Shown here: positions 27,571 to 38,800 of the stretch, one piece after another
How positions within the stretch are numbered: the first letter of the stretch is position 1
Layout: every line of letters begins with the position of its first letter
Origin: the human T2T-CHM13v2.0 reference genome, Homo sapiens
Reading direction: 5' to 3' (one strand)
NCBI RefSeq assembly: GCF_009914755.1
Contig: NC_060938.1
Length of the DNA stretch: 64,000 nucleotides
Translations under genes and position numbers: made by a program
The notes under the pieces: generated by a model
The model's input: the letters and a program-made list of their open reading frames with translations, nothing else
Databases searched by the model: none
What the model was told of the DNA's origin: nothing

Positions 27571-30500
27571 CTCTGTGAAATGAATGCACACATCACAAAG
27601 AAGTTTCGCAGAATGCTTCAGTCTAGCTTTAATGTGAAGATATTTCCTTTTCCAACATATGCCTCAAAGCACTCTAATTACCATTTGCAGATACTACAAA
27701 AAGCCTGTTTCCAAACTGCTCAATAAAAAGAAAGGTTCAACTCTGTGAGATGAATGCACACATCACAAAGAAGTTTCTCAGAATGCTTCTGCCTAGTTTT
27801 TATGGGAAGATATTTCCTTTTTCACCATAGGCCTCAAAGAGCTGCTAATATCCAATTGCAGATACTACAAAAAGACTGTTTCCAAACTGCTCAATTAAAA
27901 GAAAGTTTCAACTCTGTGAGATGAAAGCACACATCCCAAAGAAGTTTCTCAGAAAGTGTCTGTCTAGTTTTTATGGGAAGATATTTCGTATCGCCCCATA
28001 GGTCTCAATGGGCTCACAAATATCCCTCTGCAGATTCTACAAAACGACGGTTTTCAAGCTGTTCAATCAAAGGAAAGGTTCAACTTTGTGAAATGAATGA
28101 ACCCATGAGAAAGAAGTTTCTCAGAATGCTTGTGTCTAATTTTTATGTGAAGATGTTTCCTTTTCCACCAGAGGCCTCAAAGCGCTTCAAATATACACTT
28201 GCAGATCCTGCAAAAAGAGTGTTTCAAAACTGCTCAATCAAAAGAAAGATTGAAGTCTGTGAGATGAATGTACACATCACAAAGAAGTTTCTAAGAATGC
28301 TTCCATCTGATTTTTATGTGAAGATATTTCCTTTTTCACCATAGGCCTCATTACTCTCCAAATATCCATTTATAGATAATACAAATGACTGTTTCCAAAC
28401 TGCTCAATCAAAAGAAAGTTCAACTGCGTGTGATAAATGCACACATCACAAGGAAGTTGCTCAGAAAGTTTTTGTCTAGTTTTTAGGTGAAGATATTTCC
28501 TATTTTCCAAGAGGCCTCAATGGGCTCGCAAATATTCTCTTTCAGATTCTACTAAATGACTGTATCGAAGCTGCTCAATCAAAAGAAAGGTTCAACAGTG
28601 TGAGAAGAAAGCACACATTCCTAGGAAGTTTCTCAGAACTCTTCTTTCTAGTTTTTTATGTGAAGATATTTCCTTTTCCACTATAGGCCTCAAAGCGTTC
28701 CAAATATCCACTTGCAGATACTACAAAGAGAGTGTTTCAAAACTGCTCAATCAAAAGAAAGGTTCAACTTTGTGAGATGAATGCAGACATCACAAAGAAG
28801 TTTCTCAGAATCCTTCTGCCTTGTATTTATGGGAAGATATTTCCTTTTTCACCATAGGTCTCAAAGCACTGGTAATATCCATTTCCAGATACTACAAAAA
28901 GACTTTTCCCAAACTGCTCAATCAAAAGAAAGTTTTAACTCTGTGAGATGAAAGCAAATATCACAAAGAAGTGTCTCAGAAATTTTCTGTCTAGTTTTTA
29001 TGTGAACATATTTCCTATCGCCCCATAGGCCTCAATCAGCTCAAAAATATCCTTCTGCAGATTATACAAAACAAATGTTTCCAAACCATTCAATCACAGG
29101 AAGGGTTTAACTTTGTGAAATGAATGCGCCCATCACAGAAAAGTTTCTCAGAATGTTTCTGTCTCGTTTTTATGTGAAGAAGATTCCTTTTCCACCATAT
29201 TCCTCATGTGCTTCAAACATACATTGCAGATTCTGCTAAAAGAGTGTTTCAAAACTGCTCAATCAAAAGAAAAGTTCTAATCTGTGAGATGAATGCACAT
29301 ATCAAAAAGAAGTTTCTATGAATAATTCTGTCTGATTTATATTGAAGATATTTCCTTTTTCACCGTAGGCCTCAGAGAGCTTAAAATATCCATTTGCAGA
29401 TACTACAAAAAGACTGTTTCCAAACTGCTCATTCAAAATAAAGTTCAACTCAGTGAGATGAATGCACACATCACAAAGAAGTTTCTGAGAAAGATTCTGT
29501 CTAGTTTTTATTTGAAGATATTTCCTATTTCCCCAGAGGCATCAATGGGCTCAAAAATATTCCTTTGCATATTCTACAAAATGACTGTTTAGAAGCTGCT
29601 CAATCAAAAAAAGGTTCAACACTGTGAGATAAATGCGCACATTCAAAGGAAGTTTCTCAGAATTCTTCTGTCTAGTTTTTATGTGAACATATTTCCTTTT
29701 TCACTATAGGCCACAAAGTGCTTAAAACATCCACTTGCAGACTCTACAAAAAGAGTGTTTCCACACTGCTCAATCAAAAGAACCAGTTCAACTGTGTGAG
29801 ATGAAGGCACACATCACAAAGAAATTTCTCCAAAAGCTTCTGCCTAGTTTCTATGGGAAGATATTTCATTTTTCAACATAGACCAAAAGTGCTCCAAATA
29901 TCCATTTGCAGATTCTACAAAAAGACTGGTCCCAAACTGCTCAATCAAGAGAAAGTTTCAACCCGGTGAGATGAAGTCACACATGACAAAATAGTTTCTC
30001 AGAAAGTATCTGTCTAGTTTTTATGTGAAGATATTTCCTATCTCCCCAGAAGCCTCAATGGGCTCACAAATATCCCTTTGCAGATTCTACAAAACTACAG
30101 TTTCACAACTGCTGAATCAAAAGAAAGGTTCAACTCTGTGAGATGAATGTGCAGATCACAAATAAGTTTCTCAGAATGCTGCTGTCTAGTTTTTATGGGA
30201 AGATGTGTCCCTTTCCACCATAGGCCTGAAAGTGCCCCACATATCCACTTGCAGATTGTACAAAAAGACTGTTTCAAAACTGCTCAATCAAAATAAAAGT
30301 TCAAATCTGTGAGATGAAAGCACACATCAGAAAGAAGTTTCTCAGAAAGTTTCTGTCTAGTTTTTATGTGAAGATATTTCCTATCACCCCATACGTCTCA
30401 ATGGGCTCAAAAATATCCCTCTGCAGATTCTACGAAACGATTGTTTCCAAACTGTTCAATACAAGGAAAGGTTCAACTCCGTGAAGTGAATACACCCATC

Positions 30501-32258
30501 AGGCAGAAGTTTCTCAGAATGCTTCTGACTAGTTTTTATGTGACAATGTTTCCTTTTCTACCATAGGCCTCAAAGAGTTACAAATATCCACTTGAAGATA
30601 CTACAAAAAGTGTGTTTCAAAACTGCTCAATCAAAAGAATGGTTCAACTTCGTGAGATGAATGCACACATCACAAAGAAATTTCTCAGAATGCTTCTGTC
30701 TAGTTTTTATGAGAAGATATTTCCTTTTCCACCATAGGCCTCAAAGCGCTCCAAATATCCACTTGCACAGTCTACGAAAGAGTTTTTCAAAACTTCTCAA
30801 CCAAAAGAAAGTTTCATCTCTCTGACATGAATACACACATCACAAAGAAGTTTCTCAGAATGCTTCTGCCTAGTTTTTAGGGGAAGATATTTCCTTTTTC
30901 ACCATAGGCCTCAAAGTGCCCTAAATATCCTTTTGCAGGCGAGAAAAAGACTGTGTCCAAACTGCTCAATCAAAAGAAAATTTCAGCTCTGTGAGATGAA
31001 TGCACAAATCACAAAGAAAACTTTCTCAGAATTCTCCTTGCTTGTTTTTACGTGAAGATATTTCCTTTTCCAACACAGGCATCTAAGCACTCCAAATATC
31101 CAATTGAAGATTCCACAAAAAGAGTGTTTCAAAACTGCTCAATCATAAGATAGGTTTAACTTTGTGAGATGAATGCACACATCGCTAAGAAGTTTTTCAG
31201 AATGCTTCTGTCTACTTTTCACATGAAGTTATTTCCTTTTCCACTATAGGCCTCAAATCACTCCAAATATCCACTTGCAGATCCTACAAAAAGAGTGTTT
31301 CCAAACTGCTAAATCAAAATAAAGGCTCAACTCTGTGAGATGAATGTACACATCACAAAGAGGTTTCTCAGAATGCTTCTGTCTAGTTTTTATGTGAAGA
31401 TATTTCTTTTTCCACCAAAGGCCTCAAAGCACTCCAAGTATCCACTTGCAGATTCTACAAAAAGAGTGTTTAAATACTTCTCAAAAAAGAAAGATTCAGC
31501 TCAGTGAGATGAATGCATACATCACAAAGAACATTCTCAGAATGCTTCTGTCTAGCTTTTATGTGAAGATATTTCCTTTTCCATCATAGGCATCAAAGTG
31601 CTCCAAATATCCACTTGCAGATTCTACAAAAAGAGTGCGTTAAAACTGCTCAATCAAAAGAAAGTTTCAACACAGGGAGTTGAATGCACACATCACAAAG
31701 AAGTTACTCAGAATGCTTGTGTCTGATTTTTATGTGAAGATATTACCTTTTCCACAAAAGGCCTCAAAGTGCTCCATATATCCCCTTGCAGATTCTACAA
31801 AAAGAGTGATTAAATACTTCTCAAAAAAGAAAAGTTCAACTCTGTGAGATGAATGCTGAAATCGAAGAGAATTCTCTCAGAATGCTTCTTTCTGGGTTTT
31901 ATGTGAAGATATTTCCTTTTCCTCTATAGGCCTCAAAACGCTACAAATATCCAGTTTCTGATACTACAAAAAGAGTTTGTTAAAACTACTCAATCAAAAG
32001 AAAACTTTAACACAGGTAGTTGAATGCACACATCACAAAGAAGTTTCTCTGAATGGTTGTGTCTGATTTTTTGTGAAGATATTTCCTTTTCCACCATAGG
32101 CCTCAACGTTCTCCAAATATCCAGTTGCAGATTCTGAAAAAAGAGTGTTTCAAAACTGCTCAATCAAAAGAAAGTTTCAACTCTGTGAAATGAATGCACA
32201 CATGACAAAGAAGTTCCTCAGAATGCTTCTGTCAAGTTTTTATGTGAATATATTTCCT

Positions 32259-32296
32259 TTTTATTTATTTATTTATTTATTATTTTATTATTATTA
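32259..32296. repeat. (TTTA)n/(TTA)n microsatellite derived from the L1 poly(A) tail
   Basis: Seen: ttttatttatttatttatttattattttattattatta. Confidence 0.85.
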
Positions 32297-33132
32297 TACT
32301 TTAAGTTTTAGGGTACATGTGCACAATGTGCATGTTAGTTACATATGTATACATGTACCACGCTGGTGTGCTGCACCGATTAACTCGTCATTTAGCATTA
32401 GGTATATCTCCTAATGCTATCCCTGCCCCACCCCACAACAGTCCCCAGAGTATGACGTTCCCCTTCCTGTGTCCATGTGTTCTCATTGTTCAATTCCCAC
32501 TTATGAGTGAGAATACGCAGTGTTTGGTCTTTTGTTCTTGCAATAGTTTACTGAGAATGATGATTTCCAATTTCATCCATGTCCCTACAAAGGACATGAA
32601 CTCATCATTTTTATGGCTGCATAGTATTCCATGGTGTATATGTGCCACATTTTCTTAATCAAGTCTATCATTGTTGGACATTTGGGTTGGTTCCAACTCT
32701 TTGCTGTTGTGACTAGAGCCGCAATAAACATATGTGTGCATGTGTCTTTATAGCAGCATGATTTATAGTCCTTTGGTTATATACCCAGCAATGGGATGGC
32801 TGGGTCAAATGGTATTTCTAGTTCTAGATCCCTGAGGAATCACCACACGGACTTCTACAATGGTTGTACTAGTTTACAGTGCCACCTGCTGAGTAAAAGT
32901 GTCCCTATTTCTCCACATCCTCTCCAGTACCTGTTGTTTCCTGACTTTTTAATGATTGCCATTCTAATTGGTGTGTGACGGTATCTCCTTGTGGTTTTGA
33001 TTTGCATTTCTCTGATGGCCAGTGATGGTGGGCATTTTTTCATGTGTTTTTTGGCTGCATAAACATATTCTTTTGAGAAGTGTATGTTCATGTCCTTCGC
33101 CCACTTTTTGAAGGGGTTGTTGGTTTGTTTTT
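32263..33132 (-). mobile_element. 5'-truncated LINE-1 (L1PA3-like), ~870 bp, with 10-bp target-site duplication (TSD)
   Basis: Seen: (ttta)n tail, L1 3'UTR and ORF2 C-terminus (ORF 32855-33175: AIREMQIKTT...CGEIGTLL). TSD tttccttttt at 32253-32262 and 33133-33142, the latter followed by aa (TTTT/AA endonuclease site). Confidence 0.95.
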
Positions 33133-34769
33133 TTTCCTTTTTAAACGTATGCCTCAAAGCACTCCAAATATCCATTTGCAGTTACTACAGAAACACTGTT
33201 TCCAAACTGCTCAATCAAAAGAAAGGTTCAACTCTGTGAAATGAATGCACACACCAGAAGGAAGTTTCTCAGAATGCTTCTGTCTGGTTCTTATCTGAAG
33301 ATATTCTCTATTTCCTCAGAGGCCTCAGTAGGCTGAAAAATATCCCTCTACAGATTCTACAAAACTACCGTTTCCAAACTGCTCAATCAATACAAAGGTT
33401 CAACTCTGCGAAATTAATGCACACAAGACAAAGAAGTTTCTCAGAATGCTTCTGTATATTTTTAATGTGAAGATATTTCCTTTTTCACCATAGGTCTCAA
33501 AGCCCTCCAAATATCCACTTGCAGATTCTACAAAAAGACGGATTCCAAACTGCCCAATCAAAACAAAATTTCAACTCTGTGAGATGAAAGCACATATCAC
33601 AAAGAATTTTCTCAGAATTTTTCTGTTTAGTTTTTATGTGAAGATATTTCCTATTACCCCATAAGCCTCAATGGGAAAAAAAATACCCCTTCACAGATCC
33701 TACAAAACGATGGGCTCCAAACTGCTCAATCAAAAGAAAGTTAAATCCTGTGAGATGAATGCACATATCACAAAGAAGTTTCTCAGAATGCTTCTGTCAA
33801 GTTTCTATGTGAAGATATTACCTTTTCCAATATAGGACACAAAACGCTCCAAATATCGACTTGCAGATTCTACAAAAAGAGTTTTTCAAAACTGCTCAAT
33901 CAAAAGAAAGCTTCAAGTCTGTGAGATGAGTGCACACATCACAAAGAAGTTTCTCAGAATGCTTCTGTCTAGTTTTTATGTGAAGATATTTCCTTTTCCG
34001 CCATAGGCCTCAAAGCAAAAAAAAATATCTGTTTGCAGATTCCAAAAAAGACTGTTTCCAAACTGCTCAATCAAAAGAAAAGTTCAACTCTGTGAGATGA
34101 ATGCACACATCACAAAGAAGTTTCTCAGAAAGTTTCTCTCTAGTTTTTATATGAAGATCTTTCCTATCACCCCATAGGCATTAATGGGTTCACAAATATC
34201 CCTCTGTAGATTCTACAAAATGACAGTTGGCAAACTGCTCAATCAAAGGAATGGTTCAACTCTGTGAAATGAATGCACACAACAAAAAGAAGTTTTTCAG
34301 AATGCTTCTGTCCTGTTTTAATGTGAAGATATTTCCTATTCCACCATAGGCCTCAAAGCGCTCCAAATATCCACTTGCAGATTCTACATAAAGAGTGTTT
34401 CAAAATTGCTCAATCAAAATAAAGTTTCAAATCTGTGAGATTAATGCACACATCACAAAGCAGTTTCTAGGAATCCTTCTGTCTGGTTTTTATGTGAGGA
34501 TACTTCATTTTTCACCACAGGCCTCAAAGAGCTCCAAAAATTCATTTGCAGATACTACAAAAAGATTGTTTCCAAACTGCTCAATAAAGAGAAAGGTTCA
34601 AATATGAGAGATGAAACCACACACCACAAAGGTGTTTCTCAGAATTCTTCTTTGTGGTTTTTCTGTGAAGATATTTCCTTTTCCACCATAGGTCTCAAAA
34701 TGCAACAAATATCCACTTGCTGATTCTATAAAAAGTGTTTCAACACTGCTCAATCAAAACAAAGGTTCA
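33133..34769 (-). repeat. Monomeric alpha satellite (striped layer, continued)
   Basis: Seen: mix of atatccacttgcag monomers and ancient-type monomers (33320, 33665, 34180). Confidence 0.93.
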
Positions 34770-35182
34770 CAACCCAAATGTCCAACAATGATAGACTGGA
34801 TTAAGAAAATGTGGCACATATACACCATGGAAAACTATACAGCCATAAAAAATGATGAGTTCATGTCCTTTGTAGGGACATGGATGAAATTGGAAACCAT
34901 CATTCTCAGTAAACTATCGCAAGAACAAAAAACCAAACACCGCATATTCTCACTCATAGGTGGGAATTGAACAATGAGATCACATGGACACAGGAAGGGG
35001 AATATCACACTCTGGGGACTGTGGTGGGGTCGGGGGAGGGCGGAGGGATAGCATTGGGAGATATACCTAATGCTAGATGACACGTTAGTGGGTGCAGTGC
35101 ACCAGCATGGCACATGTATACATATGTAACTTACCTGCACAATGTGCACATGTACCCTAAAACTTAAAATACAATAAAAAAA
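34770..35182 (+). mobile_element. Short 5'-truncated young LINE-1 (L1HS pre-Ta/ACG-type or late L1PA2), ~410 bp, with 14-bp TSD
   Basis: Seen: ORF2 terminus MIDWIKKMWHIYTME...IFSLIGGN*, 3'UTR gagatcacatgg...gcattgggagatatacctaatgctagatgacACGttagtggg, and an A-rich tail. TSD aaaacaaaggttca (34756-34769) / aaaacaagggttca (35183-35196), 1 mismatch. Confidence 0.95.
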
Positions 35183-38100
35183 AAAACAAGGGTTCAACTC
35201 TGTGAGCTCTGTGAGATGAATGCACACATCACAAAGAAGTTTCTGAGAATGCTTCTGTCTAGTTTTTATGTGAAGATATTTTCTTTTCCACCATAGGCCT
35301 CAAAGCTCTCCAAATATCCATTTGCAGATACTACAAAAAGACTGTTTCCAAACTGCTGAATCAAAGGAAAGGTTCAACTCCATGAGTTGAATGCACACAT
35401 CACAAAGAAGTTTCTCAGAAAGCTTCTGACTAGTTTTTATGTGAAGATGTTTTCTTTTCCACCACAGGCCTCAAAGTGCTAAAAATATTCACTTGAAGAT
35501 TCTACAAAAAGAGAGTTTCAAAACTGCTCAAACAAAAGAAAGGTTCAACTCTGTGACATTAATGCACACATCACAAAGAAGTTTCTCAGAATGCTTCTGT
35601 CTAGTTTTATGTGAAGATATTTCCTTTTCTACTATAGGCCCCAAAGCACTCCAAATATCAACTTGCAGATTCTGCAGAAAGAGTTTTTCAAAGCTGCTCA
35701 ATCAAAAGAAAAGTTCAACTCTCTGAGATGAACGCACACATCATGAAGAAGTTCCTCAGAATGCTTCTGTCTATTTTTAATGTGAAGATATATCCTTTTC
35801 TACCAAAGACCACAAAGTGCTCCAAATATCCCCTTGCAGTTTCTACTAAAAGAGTGTTTCCAAACTGCTCAATCAAAAGAAAGTTTCAACTCTGTGAGAT
35901 GAATGCACACATCACTGAGAAATTTCTCAGTAATTTTCTGTCTAGTTTTTATGTGAAGATATTTCCTTTCCTACTATAGGCCTGAAAGTGCTCCAAATAT
36001 CCATTTGCATATACTGCAAAAAGACTGTTTCCAAACTGCTCAATCAAAGGAAAGGTCCAACTCTGTGAGTTGAATGCACGCATCTCAAAGAGATTTCTCA
36101 GAATGGTTCTGTCTAGTTTTTATGTGAAGATATTTGCTTTTCCACCAGTGGCCTCAAACTCTCCAAATATCCACTTGCAGATTGTACAATAAGAGTGTTT
36201 CAAAACTGCTCAATCAAAAGAAAGGTTTAACTCTGTGAGATGAATGTACACCTCACAAAGCACTTTCTCAGAATGCTTCTGTCTAGTTTTTATGTGAAGA
36301 TATTTCGTTTTTCACCATAGGCTGCAAGGCGTTCCAAATATCCCCTTCAGATTCTACAGAAAGAGTGTTTCAAAACTGTTCAATCAAAAGAAAGGTTCAA
36401 CCCTGGTGATGAATGCACGCATCACAGAGCAGTTTCTCATAATGTTTCTGTCTAGTTTTCGTGTGTATATATTTCCTTTTCCACCACAGGCCCCAAAGCA
36501 CTCCAAATATCCATTTGCAGGTACTACAAAAAGACTGTTTCCAAACTGCTCAATCAAAAGAAAAGTTTAAATCTGTGAGTTGAATGAGCACATCACAAAT
36601 AAGTTTCTCAGAATGCTTCTGTCTAGTTTTTATGTGAAGATATTTCCTTTTCCACCACAGGCCACAAAGCATTCCAAATATCCACTTGAAGATTCTACAA
36701 AAAGAGTGCTTCAAAAATGCTCAATCAAAAGAAAGGTTCAACTCTTTGAGATGGATGCACATATCACAAAGAAGCTTCTCAGAATGCTTCTGTCTAGTTT
36801 TTATGTGAAGATATTTCCTTTTCCACCATAGGCCCCAAGTCTCTCCAAATATCTACTTTCAGAATCTCCAAAAAGAGCGTTTTGAAACTGCTGTATCAAA
36901 GAAAGTTTCAAGTCTGTGATATGACTGCACACAACACCGAGAAGTTTCTCAGAGTGCTTCTGTGTATTTTTTTATGTGAAGATATTTCCTTTTCCACTAT
37001 CGGCCACAGAGCACTCCAAATATACACTTGCAGAACCTACAAAAAGAGTGTTTCAAACCTGCTCTATCAAAAGAAAGATTTAACTCTATGAGATGAATGG
37101 ACACATCACAAAGAAGTTTCTCAGTATGCTTTTGTCTAGTTTTTATGTGAAGATGTTTCCTTTTCCAATCCATGATGTAAAGTGATCCAAATATCCACTG
37201 GTAGATATTACAAAAAGACTGCTTCCAAACTGCTCGATCAAAAGAAAGGTTCAACTCTGTGAGTTGAATGCACACATCACAAAGAATTTTCTCAGAATGC
37301 TTCTGTCTAGTTTTTATGTGAAGATATTTCCTTTTCCACCATAGGCCTCAAAGCGCTCAAAATGTCCAATTGCAGATACTACAGAAAGATGCTTTCCAAG
37401 CAGCTCAATCAGGGTAAATGTTCAGCTCTTTGAATTGAATGCACATCACAAAGTAGTTTCCCTGAATGCTTCCGTCTTGTATATATGTGAAGATATTTCC
37501 TTTTCCAATATAGGCCACCAAGCGCTACAAATATCAACTTGCAGATTCTGCAAAAACAGTGTTTCCAAACTGCTCAATCAAAAGAAACTTTCAACTCTGT
37601 GAGTTGAATGCACACATCACAAATAATTTTCTCAGAATGCTTCTTTCTAGTTTTCATATGACAATATTTCCTTTTCCACATCGTGACTCAAATCGCTCCA
37701 AAAATCCACAAGCAGATTCCATAAACAGAGTATTTCAAAACTGCTGAATCAAAAGAAAGTTTCAGCTCTGTAAGATGAATGCACACATCACAAAGAAGAT
37801 TCTCAGAATGCTTCTGTCTAGTTTTCATGTGAAGATATTTCCTTTTCCACATTAGGCCTCAAATCTCTTCAAATATCCCTTGCAGATTCTACAAAAATAG
37901 TGTTTCAAAGCTGCTCAATCGAAAGAAAGGTTCAAGTCTGCGAGATGAATGCACATCTCATAAAGAAGTTTCTCAAAGTGCTTCTGTCTAGTTTTTATTT
38001 GAAGATATATCCTTTTCCACAATAGGCCGCAAAGCGCTCCAAATATCCACTTGCAGATTCTTCAAAAAGAGTGTTTCAAAACTGCTCAATCAAAAGAAAG

Positions 38101-38800
38101 GTTCAACTGTGTTAGTTGAATGCACACATCACAAAGAAGCTTCTCACAATGCTTCCGTCTAGTTTTTAGGTGAAGATATTTCCTTTTCCACCGTAGACCC
38201 CAAAGTACTCCAAATATCCCCTGGTAGAGTCTACAAATGTGCGTTTCAAAACTACTCAATCAAAAGAAACGTTCAACTCAGTGAGATGAATGCACACATC
38301 ACAAAGTTGTTTCTCAGAATGATTCTGTCCAGTTTTTATTTGAAGATATTTTCTTTTACACCATAGGCCCCAAAGTGCTCCCAATATCCACTTTCAGATT
38401 CTACAAAAAGTGTGTTTCAAAACTGCTTAATCAAAAGAAAGGTTCAAACCTGTGAGTTGAATGTACACATCACAAAGAAGTTTCTCAGAGTGCTTCTGTC
38501 TAGTTTTGATGTGAAGATATTTCCTTTAACACCGTAGGACTGGAAGTGCTCCAAATATCCACTTGCAGATTCTACAAAAAGAGTGTTTCAAAACTGCTCA
38601 ATCAAAAGAAAAGTTCAACTCTGTGAGAAGAATGCACACATCACAAAGAAGTTTCGCAGAATATTTCTGTCTAGTTTTTATGTGAAGATATTTCCTTTTC
38701 CACTCGAGGCTGGAAAGCGCTTCAAATATCCAATTGCAGATTCTACAGAAGAGTGTTTCAAAACTGCTCAATCAAAGGAAAGGTCCAATTCAGTGAGCTG
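35183..38800 (-). repeat. Monomeric alpha satellite, 171-bp 'ctgtctag' layer
   Basis: Seen: gaatgcttctgtctagtttttatg in most monomers; last occurrence ~38667. Confidence 0.93.

Larger units (their letters stand above)
23216..32262 (-). repeat. Monomeric alpha satellite, 171-bp layer (atatccacttgcag / ctgtctag) with stripes of ancient-type monomers at ~27960-30480
   Basis: Seen: switch to ccttttccaccatagg...ctccaaatatccacttgcagattctacaaaaagagtgtttcaaaactgc, with interspersed 'ctcaatgggctcacaaatatccctctg' monomers. Inference: V1/SF7 (Ka) 'yellow-striped'-like layer. Confidence 0.93.

Noticed and set aside
32145-32978. Plus-strand ORFs over L1 3' ends (also 50826-51793, 34835-35227, 55206-56641)
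   Set aside because: Antisense or off-frame readings of L1 sequence that recur in any L1 copy; not genes.
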